From Octopus sinensis (taxonomy: Eukaryota), in contig NW_021831677.1 in assembly GCF_006345805.1 (NCBI RefSeq), positions 1-40,849 of the forward strand: a stretch of DNA of 40,849 nucleotides, read 5' to 3'. The notes beneath the pieces were generated by a model that worked only from the letters and a program-made list of their open reading frames with translations, searched no databases and was not told the DNA's origin. Shown here in pieces: positions 27,031-39,970 of this stretch (positions are counted from its first letter, which is position 1; every line of letters starts with the position of its first letter). The position numbers were made by a program, and so were the translations under genes.

Positions 27031-27110
27031 ATGTTCACAAAGAGAAAGCAGAAAGAGACGGAATTTGTGAAGACGGAGCACACACTGTGTATGTATATAT
27101 GTATGTGTAA

Positions 27111-27340
27111 AAGGCGGCGAGCTGGCAGAAACGTTAGCACGCTGGGCGAAATGCGTAGCCGTATTTCGACTGTCGTTACGTTCCGAGTTCAAATTCCGCC
27201 GAGGTCGACTTTGCCTTTCAGCCTTTCGGGGTCGATAAATTAAGTACCAGTTACACGCAGGGGTCGATGTAATCGACTTAATCCCTTTGTCTGTCCTTGT
27301 TTGTGCCCTCTGTGTTTAGCCCCTTGTGGGTAGTAAAGAA
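27111..27340 (+). mobile_element. Family A SINE, full length with 18-bp TSD
   Basis: Complete head and body. ATGTATATATGTATGTGT lies at 27091-27108 and 27341-27358 (low-complexity, so the TSD is less certain). Confidence 0.93.
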
Positions 27341-27349
27341 ATGTATATA

Positions 27350-27385
<36 letters not shown>

Positions 27386-27722
27386 CATGCATGTGTATAC
27401 GTGTGCGTGTGTGTGTACGTGTGCGTGTGTGTGTACGTGTGCGTGTGGTGTGTGTGAGTTGAAATGAAAACTTTACGGTAAAGAAATCTCTGTGCCATCA
27501 TTTAATACAACTGCAACGATAAACCGTGGTCTTTGTAAAGACATTGGCAGGTTACGTCTTAGCCAAGCCGTAAATATGATTCTGGAAATACTAATTCCGG
27601 CCTCTGTAAATATTGGTAAGCTGTTTTTGCACCGTATTTCTACAAATATTCCAAGATTTACTTAAATCTAATCTTCAAGAAAACAAACTGTTGAAGATTT
27701 TTCTCAAGTTATGCCTGTTATG

Positions 27723-27810
27723 CCGACGACGACTACGACGACGACGACTACGACTACGACGACGACGACGACTACGACGACGACGACGACGACGATGATG
27801 ATGATGATGA

Positions 27811-27857
<47 letters not shown>

Positions 27858-27868
27858 GATGATGATGT
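27723..27868. repeat. Compound (CGA)n-(TGA)n-(TGG)n microsatellite
   Basis: Seen directly. Confidence 0.95.
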
Positions 27869-29069
27869 TTTCTGTATATAGGAAGCCTTAACAAAATTGA
27901 TTAATGGTGAATAAAACATGTTTAATCTCGACTATTTTCTGGAAGCGGTCTTTTACACAGCATCCACGGCAGCTGGCAGTTCTTTTGGCCTTGCTGTCAG
28001 CGCCACAACCCACAGTTAATCAAGTCAGAATACACCTGGATGCGTACCTGGACGTATACGTAGCATGGATATAGTTAATTATATTAGCGTAATGAAAGAA
28101 TAATTAAAATATATTGCAACAAATAACTGTTTTAGACGTTTGCACTAAAAGGGTCACGAAATGATCTTCACACATACACACACAAACATAGATATACACG
28201 CACGCACGCACGCACGCATACACACGAATACACACGCATACACGCACGCGCGCACACACGCATACACACACGCACTCACATACACTCACATACACACACA
28301 TACAGACATACACACACATACACACACATACACTCTCTCTCATACACACACATACACACATACACACAAGCACATAAACGTATTTACTATATTGCTGTAA
28401 ACTGTTATTTTTCATGTTCTTGTTCAAACATTTTCCCTCCTTAAAACGGGTTTTCACCACTTTTCTTCCTCTTCTTACTCCCTTTCCACCTCTTCTTGAT
28501 TCATGGTCTGATGATGAATTATAACCTGTCCTTCTGCTTTCTTTTTTATTATTTATCCACAGCGATTTGTCAGCTTTCATCGGTTATATTAACTATATAC
28601 AAATATGTGTGTGTGTGTGTGTGTGTGGGTGTATCTCTGTGTCTGTGTGTATATACATATACCTACATATACATGCATATAAACCCATACACACTCTTTT
28701 ATATGTATGTGTGCGTGTGTGTGTGTGTATGTACACGTATATACATGTAGACAGATATATTTGTTATATGACTCAATAGAATGCAGGCATATCAACACGT
28801 AAGACGCCAAAAACGGCTAGGTTCAGTAAGATAGGGATCACAGAGAGGTCCAACAACAATGAAGGGATCAAGTGTTGGTAGGATACTATAGATATGTGAA
28901 TACCAAATCCAATTTAAACCTTAGGCCCGATTAAGGGGTGGTTCTAAGTGTAGCATAGCTATAAATAAAGAGCACCAGTGAAGGTTAAATTTACGACAGC
29001 TGTTTCGGTAGAATTTTATTGATGTATTATAGATCACATCATAACATAAAATCCATGTGTTCTGTTTTT

Positions 29070-29425
29070 ATACATACATACATACATACATACATACATA
29101 CATACATACATACATACATACACACATGCATACATACATACATACATACATCATACATACATACATTCATACATACATACATACATCATACATACATACA
29201 TACATACATACATACATACATCATACATTCATACATACATACATGTATACATACATACACACTTGCATACATACATACATACATACATACATGCATACAT
29301 ACATACATCATACATACATACATTCATACATACATACATACATACATACTTACATACATTCAATCATACATACATACATACATACATACATACATACATA
29401 CATACATACATACATACATACATAC
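29070..29425. repeat. (CATA)n microsatellite
   Basis: Seen directly; source of the IHTY ORFs. Confidence 0.97.
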
Positions 29426-29625
29426 CTTTCAGTTGGAGGATCGAAAAGGCATGTCAAAGACTTCATACTGTGGCACCTGTTCCCTCTGCCAGTCAGCACA
29501 GCTGTGCATTATGCAACAGAATATTCATATTTTTGACCGGGCTCAAGAGTTATACAAGGGCTTCGCATTGCGTCATCAATGACGTCATTTCAATGATTCT
29601 TTCTAGCAATGGCTTTGCTCGTATA

Positions 29626-30506
29626 CGAGGTCTGATCAATAAGTAGCTGGAATGTTGCCATAGTAACGAAGCTAAAGCACGCAGAGTGAAGCTGCTTGGT
29701 ACAGATTACCTTGAACGCTGTTAGGGTTTAACGTTCCAGATCACTTCCGCTGTTTACAGCAATGCTTGGAAGGAAGGTGTGTAGCGTGTGATCGTCGCAT
29801 TGATCGTGACAGAGAAAGTTGATATGGCGACACCTGCTCAGAGGCCTATGCAATGTTGCAGAAAGTGTATGAAGAGAAGCGTATGAACCGCACACAAGTG
29901 TATGAGTGCTTCAGAGGCTTCCATGACGGCCGAAAAAATGTCGATATTGCCGAATGTTCTAGGAGACCCGCAACCAGCAGAACTGTGAAGAGTATCGGAG
30001 AGGTGTGTGCAGTTGTGAGGGGAAATCGTCGAAGCACCATCTGTGAGTTACCAGGGGATATGCAGATTAGTTACGGTTCAGTTCAGTCCATTATCACTGA
30101 AGATTTGTGTATGAGACGCATGACTGCTAAGTTTGTGCCCAAACTGTTTTCAACTGACCAAAAGAACGCTCAGATACTCAGTTGCATATGATCTCTTTGG
30201 TTGTATTCAGAACGACGATAATTTTTTGAAAACTTTGTATAGGCCTTTGAGAAGGCATCGCCAAACTTTTGACAAAATTTGATGCGATTCTCTGCTCAAC
30301 TTTCTCTGACATGGTCGATGCAACGATCACACGCTACACACCTTCCTTCCAAGTACTGCTGTAAACAGTAGAAGTGAGTTAGAGTGTTAAAACTTAGTGC
30401 ACATGCACAGCAGAGTTCAAGGTCGATCTGTACTCAGCGACTTTACTTTGCATGCTTTAGCTTCGTTACTATAGCAACATTTCGGATACTTATTGATCAG
30501 ACCACG
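29626..30506 (+). mobile_element. Internally deleted foldback mariner (two 5' ends), TA TSD
   Basis: TA|CGAGGTCTGATCAATAAGTA ... TACTTATTGATCAGACCACG|TA. Inverted arms at ~29626-29863 and ~30225-30506. Confidence 0.92.
29808..30191 (+). pseudogene. Mariner transposase N-terminal DNA-binding (HTH) region, no catalytic domain
   Basis: ORF reads MLQKVYEEKRMNRTQVYECFRGFHDGR...RRSTICEL...ISYGSVQSIITEDLCMRRMTAKFVPKL; FVPKL corresponds to the WVPHEL linker of Mos1-type transposases. Confidence 0.9.
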
Positions 30507-30837
30507 TACGAGAAGCAGGTACTATATATTATATATATATATATATATAATATATATATATATGTACACTAAACACACAACACACACACACACACACATA
30601 TTTATAACCATATATATACATACACACACGCATATATATACAAACATACATACATATATGTATATGTATATATATATATATGTATATAATATATAATATA
30701 TTATATTAAATTAGAGACAAAACCACTATTAGGCAAATCAAACATGAAAACTTAAGCCTATACAATATTATTCCCTAATATTTATTATTATTAATATATA
30801 TATATATATTATATATATTATATATATATATATATAA

Positions 30838-31245
30838 GAGACCAAAGTCTACGTAGGCCTCTATATTATATAAAAAAGAATATAAAAAATAAGACAAAAT
30901 ACAACAGACAACAAAACATCCAGAGAGCTAGTGGATATAAAAAAGGGACAAGAAAAAACAAGGACGAGGCATTCGGAGTTTTCTTTCGTCAGTCGAGTTC
31001 CAGATCTTCTTTGCAGCTTCGGCTGGTTATACTCGAGACTGCTCCAATCTGGCCAGCCCCAAGGAAAACCTAAGCTAAGAGCACTAGATTCCTTGGAAGA
31101 AAGCAGCGAATGCATACGAAAACAAGGACAGAAAAAGAACGGTGAAATGGTACACAAGTACAAATACAAACAACAGGACATTAACAACAGGTGTCTTTCG
31201 ACTAAGGACGAATTAAATTAAGCTGGCGTGTGTGGAAGTAAATTC
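30838..31245 (-). repeat. Interspersed-repeat-like block embedded in (AT)n, possibly Penelope-related
   Basis: Complex-sequence island between microsatellites with a CTGACGA motif on the minus strand; no second copy in the window. Confidence 0.3.
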
Positions 31246-31313
31246 TTATGTATGTATGTATGTATGTATGTATGTGTGTGTATATATATATATATATATT
31301 ATATATATATATA

Positions 31314-31378
31314 TTTGAGAGATTACATGTGAGATATATATATATATATTTGAGAGATTACATGTGAGATATATATAT

Positions 31379-31383
<5 letters not shown>
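31314..31383. repeat. 35-bp tandem repeat x2
   Basis: TTTGAGAGATTACATGTGAG(AT)n at 31314 and 31349. Confidence 0.85.
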
Positions 31384-31421
<38 letters not shown>

Positions 31422-31425
<4 letters not shown>

Positions 31426-31577
31426 AGGAGAGTTTACGAAAAAACAAAAGACGAAGACAGGTGGTGTCCAAAACAAACAGATGTATTAGTATAACACTCA
31501 GGAATAGAAAAAGTCTTTTACGTTTCGAGCCTACGCTCTTCTACAGAAAGGGACACAGAAAAAAACAAGGAGAGAAA
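31422..31577 (-). mobile_element. Second copy of the Penelope-type terminal-repeat-like element
   Basis: Reverse complement TTCTGTGTCCCTTTCTGTAGAAGAGCGTAGGCTCGAAACGTAAAAGACTTT...CTAATACA...GTCTTCGTCTTTTG aligns with 26480-26620. Confidence 0.6.
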
Positions 31578-32094
31578 TATATATATATATGGTGAAATTG
31601 ATTAATAATTAATTAATTTTACCCTCAATTGTTGAAATTATAATTCATCTCTCTCTGTTAAATGCAGCGGTTTTCACCGTTAATACATGGTGTTTGTCAA
31701 TTTTAACCCACGCTGGTGGAAAGGGGAGAGCAGAAATTCTTTGCTTGCATATTCGGATTTGATAGCACTTTTAGTTCGAGCAGAATTCTAGAGGTGATGA
31801 GAAGCCGAAAGGGTATGCTCCCGACTTTCAGTGTTCCCAAATCCGATTCAAGGAATTCTGAGCTGACGAAAGAAATGTCGAATTGACTAATCTAGAAACG
31901 TACGTTCTCAAATAACCTTTGCACTTGATTTTTTAATGTTTTTTCCCCATACCTTTGTGAGTTGGTTTAGGCAAACACTATCTGAGAGAGATCTTCTTTA
32001 AGTATTAGAAATATAGCTGAAGAAATTTCTTTAGCTGCTATTTCTAATGAGTTCAGTATGTGGCAAAGTATTTATTTTACTAAGCCCTTATATA

Positions 32095-32169
<75 letters not shown>

Positions 32170-33609
32170 ATTTGTATGTATATAGGTAGATAGATCGATA
32201 GGTAGAGAGAGAGAAAGAGAGAAAGAGAGAGAGAGAGAAAGATTATATTTGATATACCCTGCATTGTCTGTTTTAAGCAACTGGTCACTATGTCTAATAT
32301 GAGCAAACAGATAGCGTATAATGTATGGCTTTTCATTTTGTTTTGCGTAGTATAAGAATCGTGTTTCTCTGAAACTAGAATGTTTCGAAATGTTTTACTT
32401 TCCTTGGACAGCGAACATTCCATTAGCTTAAAGAATCAAAGTATAGGGGATTCCTAAAATAGCGTTTCACTCCTTAAATATAGACATTCTCCCCTTAAGT
32501 ATGGCCATCCTCTCATTATACAAACGGCTCTCCACCTTAAACCGTTTTGTATATTTTAAAGAGTTTTATCAGCCAATATATTGAAGAGTTTTAAGTCAGT
32601 TCTTTCGTTTTCTTTCTTTCCTTCCTCCTCCAATTCTTTCTTTTATCTCGATGCAACAAACAAACAAACAATTTCACCTGAAAATGACTGGTGATTTTTC
32701 TTTGTTTTGTTCGTAATTTTGTTTGTCTTTGTTTTTTTCGCTCATCGAAATGTTGGAACGCTTTAATGGAAATCACACGTGATCAGGTCAAACAACTATA
32801 ATCAATAATCTATGATTCGTATCAGAAAGAACCAACCAAACACCTAGAGAAATCTTGTCAATATCAGATTTTAATGAAGCCTTCATTTAGATTCAGCCGA
32901 GAAGTTATCATCTGCCTCAGTACCTTTATTAACATTCCAAAGCTGACTCTTTGGCTAGAAATCATTATTGGCAGCAACAGTTCTTCCACTTGACACTTTC
33001 TCACTTTGTTTCTTCTTGCCGAATCTCCTTTCATTAATATTCTGTTTTGTTGTGGCTCACCAAACAAATGTCTTTGGATTTAAACAATGATTGCTGCTGA
33101 GTCGAACAAATTAACAGGGTTACGCTGCTGCCGCTGTTGTTGTTGTTATTGTTATTGTTATTATTATTGTTGTAATGTTATTTCAAGACAAAACAACAAC
33201 ATCAATAACAACAACAATCAACAGCAACAACAACAACAGTAATGATAATAATAATATGAAGAAAAAGATGAATGATTTGCGCAAAATGGCTACTAAATCG
33301 TTTAATAACAATGGTCGTTGTTTGAGTAGAATGAGGAAGAACAACGGGAGGGGGGGAGAGAGAAAGGGCGGGGAGAAGGTAAAACAAAAAACAAACATAA
33401 AGAGAAGATGAAAAAGCAGAAGCAAAATATAAAGAACACGAAGCACGCGATGAAGATTTCAAAGGTGAAGAGGTCTGCCTGTGAAACTCAGCAGGTTTTA
33501 TCAATAACTATTTCACGTGCGTTTCCCTGTTTATTTCCTGCCTCCGTCTTTCCTCCTCCTCCGCCTATTATCATCAAAGTTTCTATTCACCTTAGAGTTG
33601 TTATCGTTC

Positions 33610-33851
33610 TGTGTGTGTGTGTGTGTGTGTGTGTGTCCCCGTGAGTGTGTGTATATGTGTGTGTGTGTGTGTGCGTGTGTGTGTGCGTGTGTGTGCGTGT
33701 GCGTGTATGTGTGTGTGTGTGCGTGTGCGTGTGTGTGCGTGTGCGTATGTGTGTGTGTTTCTGTGTGTGCGTGTGTGTGTGCGTTCGTGCGAGTGTGTGT
33801 GTATGTGTGTGCGTGTGTGTGTGTGTGTGTGCGTGTGTGCGTACGTGCGAG

Positions 33852-33887
<36 letters not shown>

Positions 33888-33915
33888 GTGCGTACGTGCG
33901 AGTGTGTGTGTGTGT
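33610..33915. repeat. (TG)n/(CG) compound microsatellite
   Basis: Seen directly. Confidence 0.97.
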
Positions 33916-34389
33916 TTTATCAGCTGCCAGTCTTGCTGTTATCGCGTTAAACAAGGCTTTTATCGTTCAGAATCGCCTCCATCCCTGCCAGAGCTTCCGT
34001 TCCTCGCTGTTATGAAACTGTAAGTCACAAGTCGGGGCTCATTCACCGGAGCAAATCATACGAATTTTCGGCGCCCTTATTGATGTTCCTTACTGTTAAT
34101 GTTTGTTGTTGTTGTTGTTGTTGTTCCGTTGTTGTTATTGCCGTTACTATTGTTGTTGCTGTTGTTTTTCTCGTAATGGCTCCTATTTTTAACCGGGCAA
34201 TTCTCTTTTAACGCCCAGATGTAATTTATAATAACCAACATAACCAAAAACATCGACTGAAACAACAGCAATAAACCAGCAAGAGGACCCCTAAGTGGTC
34301 GCCCGGCCTGCTAGAAATAACAGAAAAATCTCCCTCAAATTACATGCTACCACCTTTAATGCTGTCGTATGTTCAAAAGTGAATATATA

Positions 34390-34629
34390 TTTTATCTTTG
34401 TTTCAATGATTAGAGTGTGGTGGTGGTGTGGGGGGGGGGCATTAGAATGAATCGACCCCCGTACTTTTATTGTTTAAACCTGGTACTTATTCTATCAGCT
34501 GTTCTTTGCCTAACCACTAAGTTGCGGCGCCGTAAACGCACCATCAACGGTTGCTAAGCGGTGGTGGGAGACAAACACGGACAGAAACGCGCGCAGATAC
34601 CCAAACACTTACGCGAGCGCACACATACA

Positions 34630-34662
<33 letters not shown>

Positions 34663-34828
34663 ATGTGTGTTCGACGAGCTTCTTTCATTTCCGTTTACCA
34701 CATCCACTGACCAGGCTTTGATCGGCCCGTGGCTAAGGTAGAAGACACTTGCCCAAGATGCCACGAAGAGGGACTGAACCCGGAACCATTAGGTTTGGCA
34801 GTAAACTTCTTACAGTACAACCATTCCT
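34390..34828 (-). mobile_element. Diverged family B SINE
   Basis: Contains GGTACTTATTCTATC, GAAGACACTTGCCCAAG and GGACTGAACCCGGAACC motifs shared with 13209-13620. Confidence 0.85.
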
Positions 34829-35171
34829 ATAGTAATTCAGGTGTTGCTCCTAGGAAGCAGAAAAATTGTATAAGGCGGATATAAGAAGCTAACAGTTTCT
34901 TTAAGAGGGTTGCCCTTAACAGAGGGAAGGACAAACATCAAACTTTTCTACATTTTTTTGTCTTTTCATCTCTCAACAGCAAAATGAAGTAAAAAAACAA
35001 CAATAAATATTGAGGGTAAACTTATTAAAAAAATGGATTTACGGCAATTATGTAAATTATAGAAATGTGTATTAATTTACGATCAATATGCATTGGTTTA
35101 TCTTTCACATAGCTCAAATCGAACCCGCTTCTCCATGGTTTGAGTGCAACAATTCTCCAACAATATTTCCG

Positions 35172-35970
35172 AAGGCGGTGAGCTGGCAGAAACGTTAGCA
35201 CGCCGGGCGAAATGCGTAGCCGTATTTCGTCTGCCGTTACGTTCTGAGTTCAAATTCCGCCGAGGTCGACTTTGCCTTCATCCTTTCGAGGTCGATAAAT
35301 TAAGTACCAGTTACGCACTGGGGTCGATGTAATCGACTTGATCTGTTTGTTTGTCCTTGTTTTCCCCCTCTGTGTTTAGCCCCATTGTGGGTAGTAAAGA
35401 AATAGGTATTTCGTCTGCCGTTACGTTCTGAGTTCAAATTCCACCGAGGTCGACTTTGCCCTTCATCCTTTCGAGGTCGATAAATTAAGTACCAGTTACG
35501 CACTGGGGTCGATGTAATCGACTTGATCTGTTTGTCTGTCCTTGTTTTCCCCCTCTGTGTTTAGCCCCATTGTGGGTAGTAAAGAAATAGGTATTTCGTC
35601 TGCCGTTACGTTCTGAGTTCAAATTCCGCCGAGATCGCCTTTGCCTTTCATCCTTTCGGGGTCGATAAATTAAGTACCAGTTGCGTACTGGGGTCGATGT
35701 AATCGACTTAATCCCTTTGTCTGTCCTTGTTTTCCCCCTCTATGTTTAGCCCCATTGTGGGCAATACAGAAATAAGAAACGTTAGCACGCCGGGCAAAAT
35801 GCTTAGCGGTATTTTATTTACCTTTATGTTCTGAGTTCAAAATCCGCCGAGGTCGATTTTGCCTTTCATCCTTTCGGGACCAATAAATCAAGTACCAGTT
35901 GCGTACTGGGGGTCGATCTAATCGACTGGTCCCCTCCCCAAAAATGTCAGGCCTTGTGCCTAGAGTAGAA
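35172..35970 (+). mobile_element. Family A SINE tetramer (three ~184-185-bp units plus an alternative-tail unit), 10-bp TSD
   Basis: GTATTTCGTCTGCC recurs at 35222, 35406 and 35591, and a fourth unit restarts at ~35776. AATATTTCCG lies at 35162-35171 and 35971-35980. Confidence 0.93.
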
Positions 35971-36379
35971 AATATTTCCGGACGAACTGGAGATTCCTCC
36001 CACCCCACGTCACCCCATACTACCCACCCTACTCTCCGTTTTCCCCGGAATATATTGAATTCGTCATATTTACGTTAGATATTAATAAAACTTGGCACGA
36101 TAGGCTAGGGCAAATAATAGCGGATAATGTAATTACAAAATATATAGGGTTGGTTATAACTGGGATGTGTTTAATCATGGCCCTGCTTCATCAGCGATGG
36201 CCTGGGGCGATAAACAATTGCAACAACAATTTCGCTGAGTCTAATATTTGAATTGTGGGAAATTAATAGAAAATGTTGTAAAAAATATTGTAAAAGAGCA
36301 AAGTGAGAAGAAAGGTCTAAACAGGAATGTAAGGAAGGGAAAATCAATAGTTATTAATAAGACATATATATGTATATAT

Positions 36380-36465
36380 TGCCTTCCCCAGTCTTGTAAC
36401 TTGTCAGCTCCGGATAAGCCGTCCAACCCATGCCAGCATGGTAAACAGAGGTTAAATAATGATGC
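36380..36465 (+). mobile_element. 3' end of another SINE/LINE-tail family
   Basis: CCGTCCAACCCATGCCAGCATGG...GTTAAATAATGATG resembles a common SINE tail ending in (GAT)n; recalled, not verified. Confidence 0.5.
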
Positions 36466-36501
36466 TGTATGCGTCTGTGTGTGTGCGTGCGTGTGTGTGT
36501 G

Positions 36502-36569
<68 letters not shown>

Positions 36570-36585
36570 GGGGAAAGATATATAT

Positions 36586-36680
36586 TAGAAGACACTTCTC
36601 CAATGTGCCACGCAGTGGGCCTGAACCCGGAACCATGTGGTTGGTAAGCAAGCTACTTACAACACAGTCACTCCTGCGCA
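36586..36680 (-). mobile_element. Family B SINE head fragment
   Basis: AGAAGACACTT...CTGAACCCGGAACCATGTGGTTGGTAAGCAAGCTACTTAC...CACTCCTGCGC. Confidence 0.85.
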
Positions 36681-36925
36681 TAGTATTGTATATAGTGCCG
36701 AACATACATATTAACGCTAACATGTAGGCATAATTTCTTCCATACTAAAATTGATACTCCAAGAAGAAGATTCCGAAACAGCCGTAACCTTATGGAAGTC
36801 ACGTGGTTAAATGAATATATATTCACGTCTCATACCTCCTGACTTTATGGTTTTATAAATTCCTCATGAAATAATTTCACCAATTGGATGTTTTGGCTTT
36901 TCATCCCCATGCACACTCTACTATA

Positions 36926-37148
36926 CTGTAATCCCTCGCCATATCGCGGTTCACCTATCGCGGTTTATTAGTTAAACTTACGTCGATTCCTCCGTGGTGT
37001 TGTTTTGCATTTATAATAAAATAAATATATACAACTTATCAAAACAATTTTTAAAAATATACAGTACAGTACTGTTTCTACTTGGCGGATTTTCACCTAT
37101 CACGGGGGTTTTGGGAACGTAACACCCGTGATAGTCGAGGGATTGCTG
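36926..37148. mobile_element. Tigger/pogo-like MITE
   Basis: TA|CTGTAATCCCTCG ... CGAGGGATTGCTG|TA, with subterminal GCGGATTTTCACCTATCACGGGGG...GGAACGTAAC resembling MER2/MER8-type MITEs. Confidence 0.85.
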
Positions 37149-37785
37149 TACACTTCTTTGTACTTGATTACATTGTTGACTATAGCCGGGTCCGTTAGAC
37201 GAGCTTTCTGTGATAGCCATATGATTCTATGAATCCACACCTTATACTACTCATTCACACATACACTCGCTCGCGCGCGCACACACCTGTGTATTTATGT
37301 ATAGCCGCGCCTTCTCTGTGAAGATCTCATAACATCCTATTTTCATCTAAAATTCGATCAATTAGTTTCAAAACATCGTCCACTTCCATATCGACTTCGC
37401 TTGCTAAAAGTCTCATTAATTGATTTGTCATTTTTAGATTTTAAAATCCCCCTAGAGAGAGTTTACGTCTCCTAATTGCAAGGGTAATCTCAATTAACCG
37501 AAAAATGTCCACTTCTCCATACGACGTGTGTAAGCCCCTACTTAGGTCCCTCCTTTGAATCACAAGGAATTGTGTTGGGACAAGTTTTGTCCACTTTCTT
37601 TTCACTCTTATTCTCTTACGTATCCCGTCATGCACAGCGAATGGCTCGATGTACAAACGTGAGTAATCACGTGCGTAGAGAACCTTGAAATGTCTTCTCC
37701 GCAAACTGTGTCATCGAGTTCAGCACTTAGAGTAGGTTACTTGGGAATAAGGTGACTTAATTTCTTTCTCAGTACACACACAGGC

Positions 37786-37817
<32 letters not shown>

Positions 37818-37833
37818 ATATACACACACACAC

Positions 37834-37872
<39 letters not shown>

Positions 37873-37974
37873 TTATGTATGCATAAAGTATATATATGTA
37901 TAGTATATATATATATACATAATATGTATATACATACATGCATCTATACATATACATACATATATATATATATG

Positions 37975-38031
<57 letters not shown>

Positions 38032-38104
38032 TATATATAATAGATAGATAAATATATATTTATATACATACATACATATTCTTTTATTCTATTTTCTTTA
38101 ATTT

Positions 38105-38447
38105 TTTGAGTTATTTGACTGCGGCCATGCTGGAGCACCGCCTTTAGACGAACAAATCGACTCCCAGGACTTATTCTTTGTAAGCTTAGTACTTATTCTA
38201 TCGGTCTCTTTTGCCGAACAGCATCAGTTGTCAAGCGATGGTGGAGGGACAAACCCGCGCGCACATATACACATACACACACATGCGACGGGCTTCTTTC
38301 AGTTTCCGTCTACCAAATCCACTCACAAGCCTTTGGTCGGCCCGGGGCTATAGTAGAAGACACTTGCCCAAGGTGCCATGCACTGGGACTGAACCCGGAA
38401 CCATGTGGTTTGTAAGCAAGCTATTTAGCACATAACCACTCCTGCGC
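38105..38447 (-). mobile_element. Family B SINE with small internal deletion
   Basis: Aligns to 13209-13620 over head, middle and tail. Confidence 0.9.
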
Positions 38448-38488
38448 CTATCCATCTATCTATCTTTCTTTCTTTCTATCTATCTATC

Positions 38489-38601
<113 letters not shown>

Positions 38602-38652
38602 TTATCTATCTATCTATATATTTATCTATCTATTTATCTATCTATCTATCTG

Positions 38653-38703
<51 letters not shown>

Positions 38704-39882
38704 ATATATATATATATATATTTATGCTTACCTCCATACTTATACACATACGCACACGTGTATCGCTAATTTGTGTCTATATGCGTCTGTGGATGCTTGT
38801 GTATGTATAAGTCTACGTTTGGATGTATGATAAAGATAGCCATGCCAGAATAAATCAAAACCGCCAACTCCTTCGCAGCAAACCAGTGAATCTCACACTT
38901 GTATTTCGTTATAAGCAACGTTATGTCAAATGAACAAGTGCAAAATTACTTCAAAACCACTCTGGTGAGTCATAAAGACACTTTTATTCGCATTCTCTCT
39001 CTCTCTCTCTTCTTAGTTATTCTAAAGCTCCAATCCAAGCTGAATGTTCCCTCTATTGTAATATTAAGCTGGAGACGTTTTCTTTTCTCCTCGTCGACAA
39101 GTAGGTCTCTTATTGCAGTGTGTTCTTGATGACAGGCGAGCTGCCGTTTAGAACTGATAAAATATGCCTCATTGATAAAAAGTTTGAATTAAAACTGTCA
39201 AGCTGTGACACAGTCTTAACAGAAAGGCGAACCTGTTGACCGTTTATGATATTGTCATTTAACAATGATACACAACACTTTTACAAATATAACACCGGAT
39301 TTAATAACTGATACGCAGGGACTTCAAATGAAACTTTCTTACGCCATAAATCATATACTTATATACACACATACAAACATACATACATACATACATACAT
39401 ACATACATACATACATACATACATACATACACACATATGTACATATCTATCTCTCTATAGATGTATGTATATATGAATGTATGTATACAGGTATGCATGT
39501 GTATATACTTTGTTGTTGTTGATTGGGTTATATAAATCAACGCATAATTAAAACTAAAACTTCGAATGAGTCTCACTTAATTCTATTAATCAAACGTGAG
39601 ATAAATCTATTCATGGATTAAGCTGCCAGTCTATTACAGATAATATTCGCAGTAAACGGGTTCATATCTCGGTTAATTAGGTGAACATTACCTCTATTCA
39701 GTCTTTTAATCAACCAGTTCATTTAGACTAATTCATTCATTTCTATGGAATCATTTTAAATGTGTTGATAAAATTAGTTGAGCTGTGAGAGTCTCTACAA
39801 TGGCTTCAGTAATGCAAACAAGCGGAACTTCCAACACTATATTTACTGTTCACTATGGTCACATATCGAACTGTAAATACTC

Positions 39883-39970
<88 letters not shown>

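Noticed and set aside
30963-31000. Second hammerhead candidate (CTGACGA...CCGAAT on minus; similar word at ~31863)
   Set aside because: The GAAA core and stems II/III are not convincingly formed.
35172-35970. CRISPR-like or satellite reading of the tandem array
   Set aside because: Units are SINE bodies with no unique spacers, there are no cas genes, and the context is eukaryotic.
37441-37704. 87-aa basic ORF on the minus strand
   Set aside because: Non-ATG start and no recognisable motif; the length is within chance expectation.
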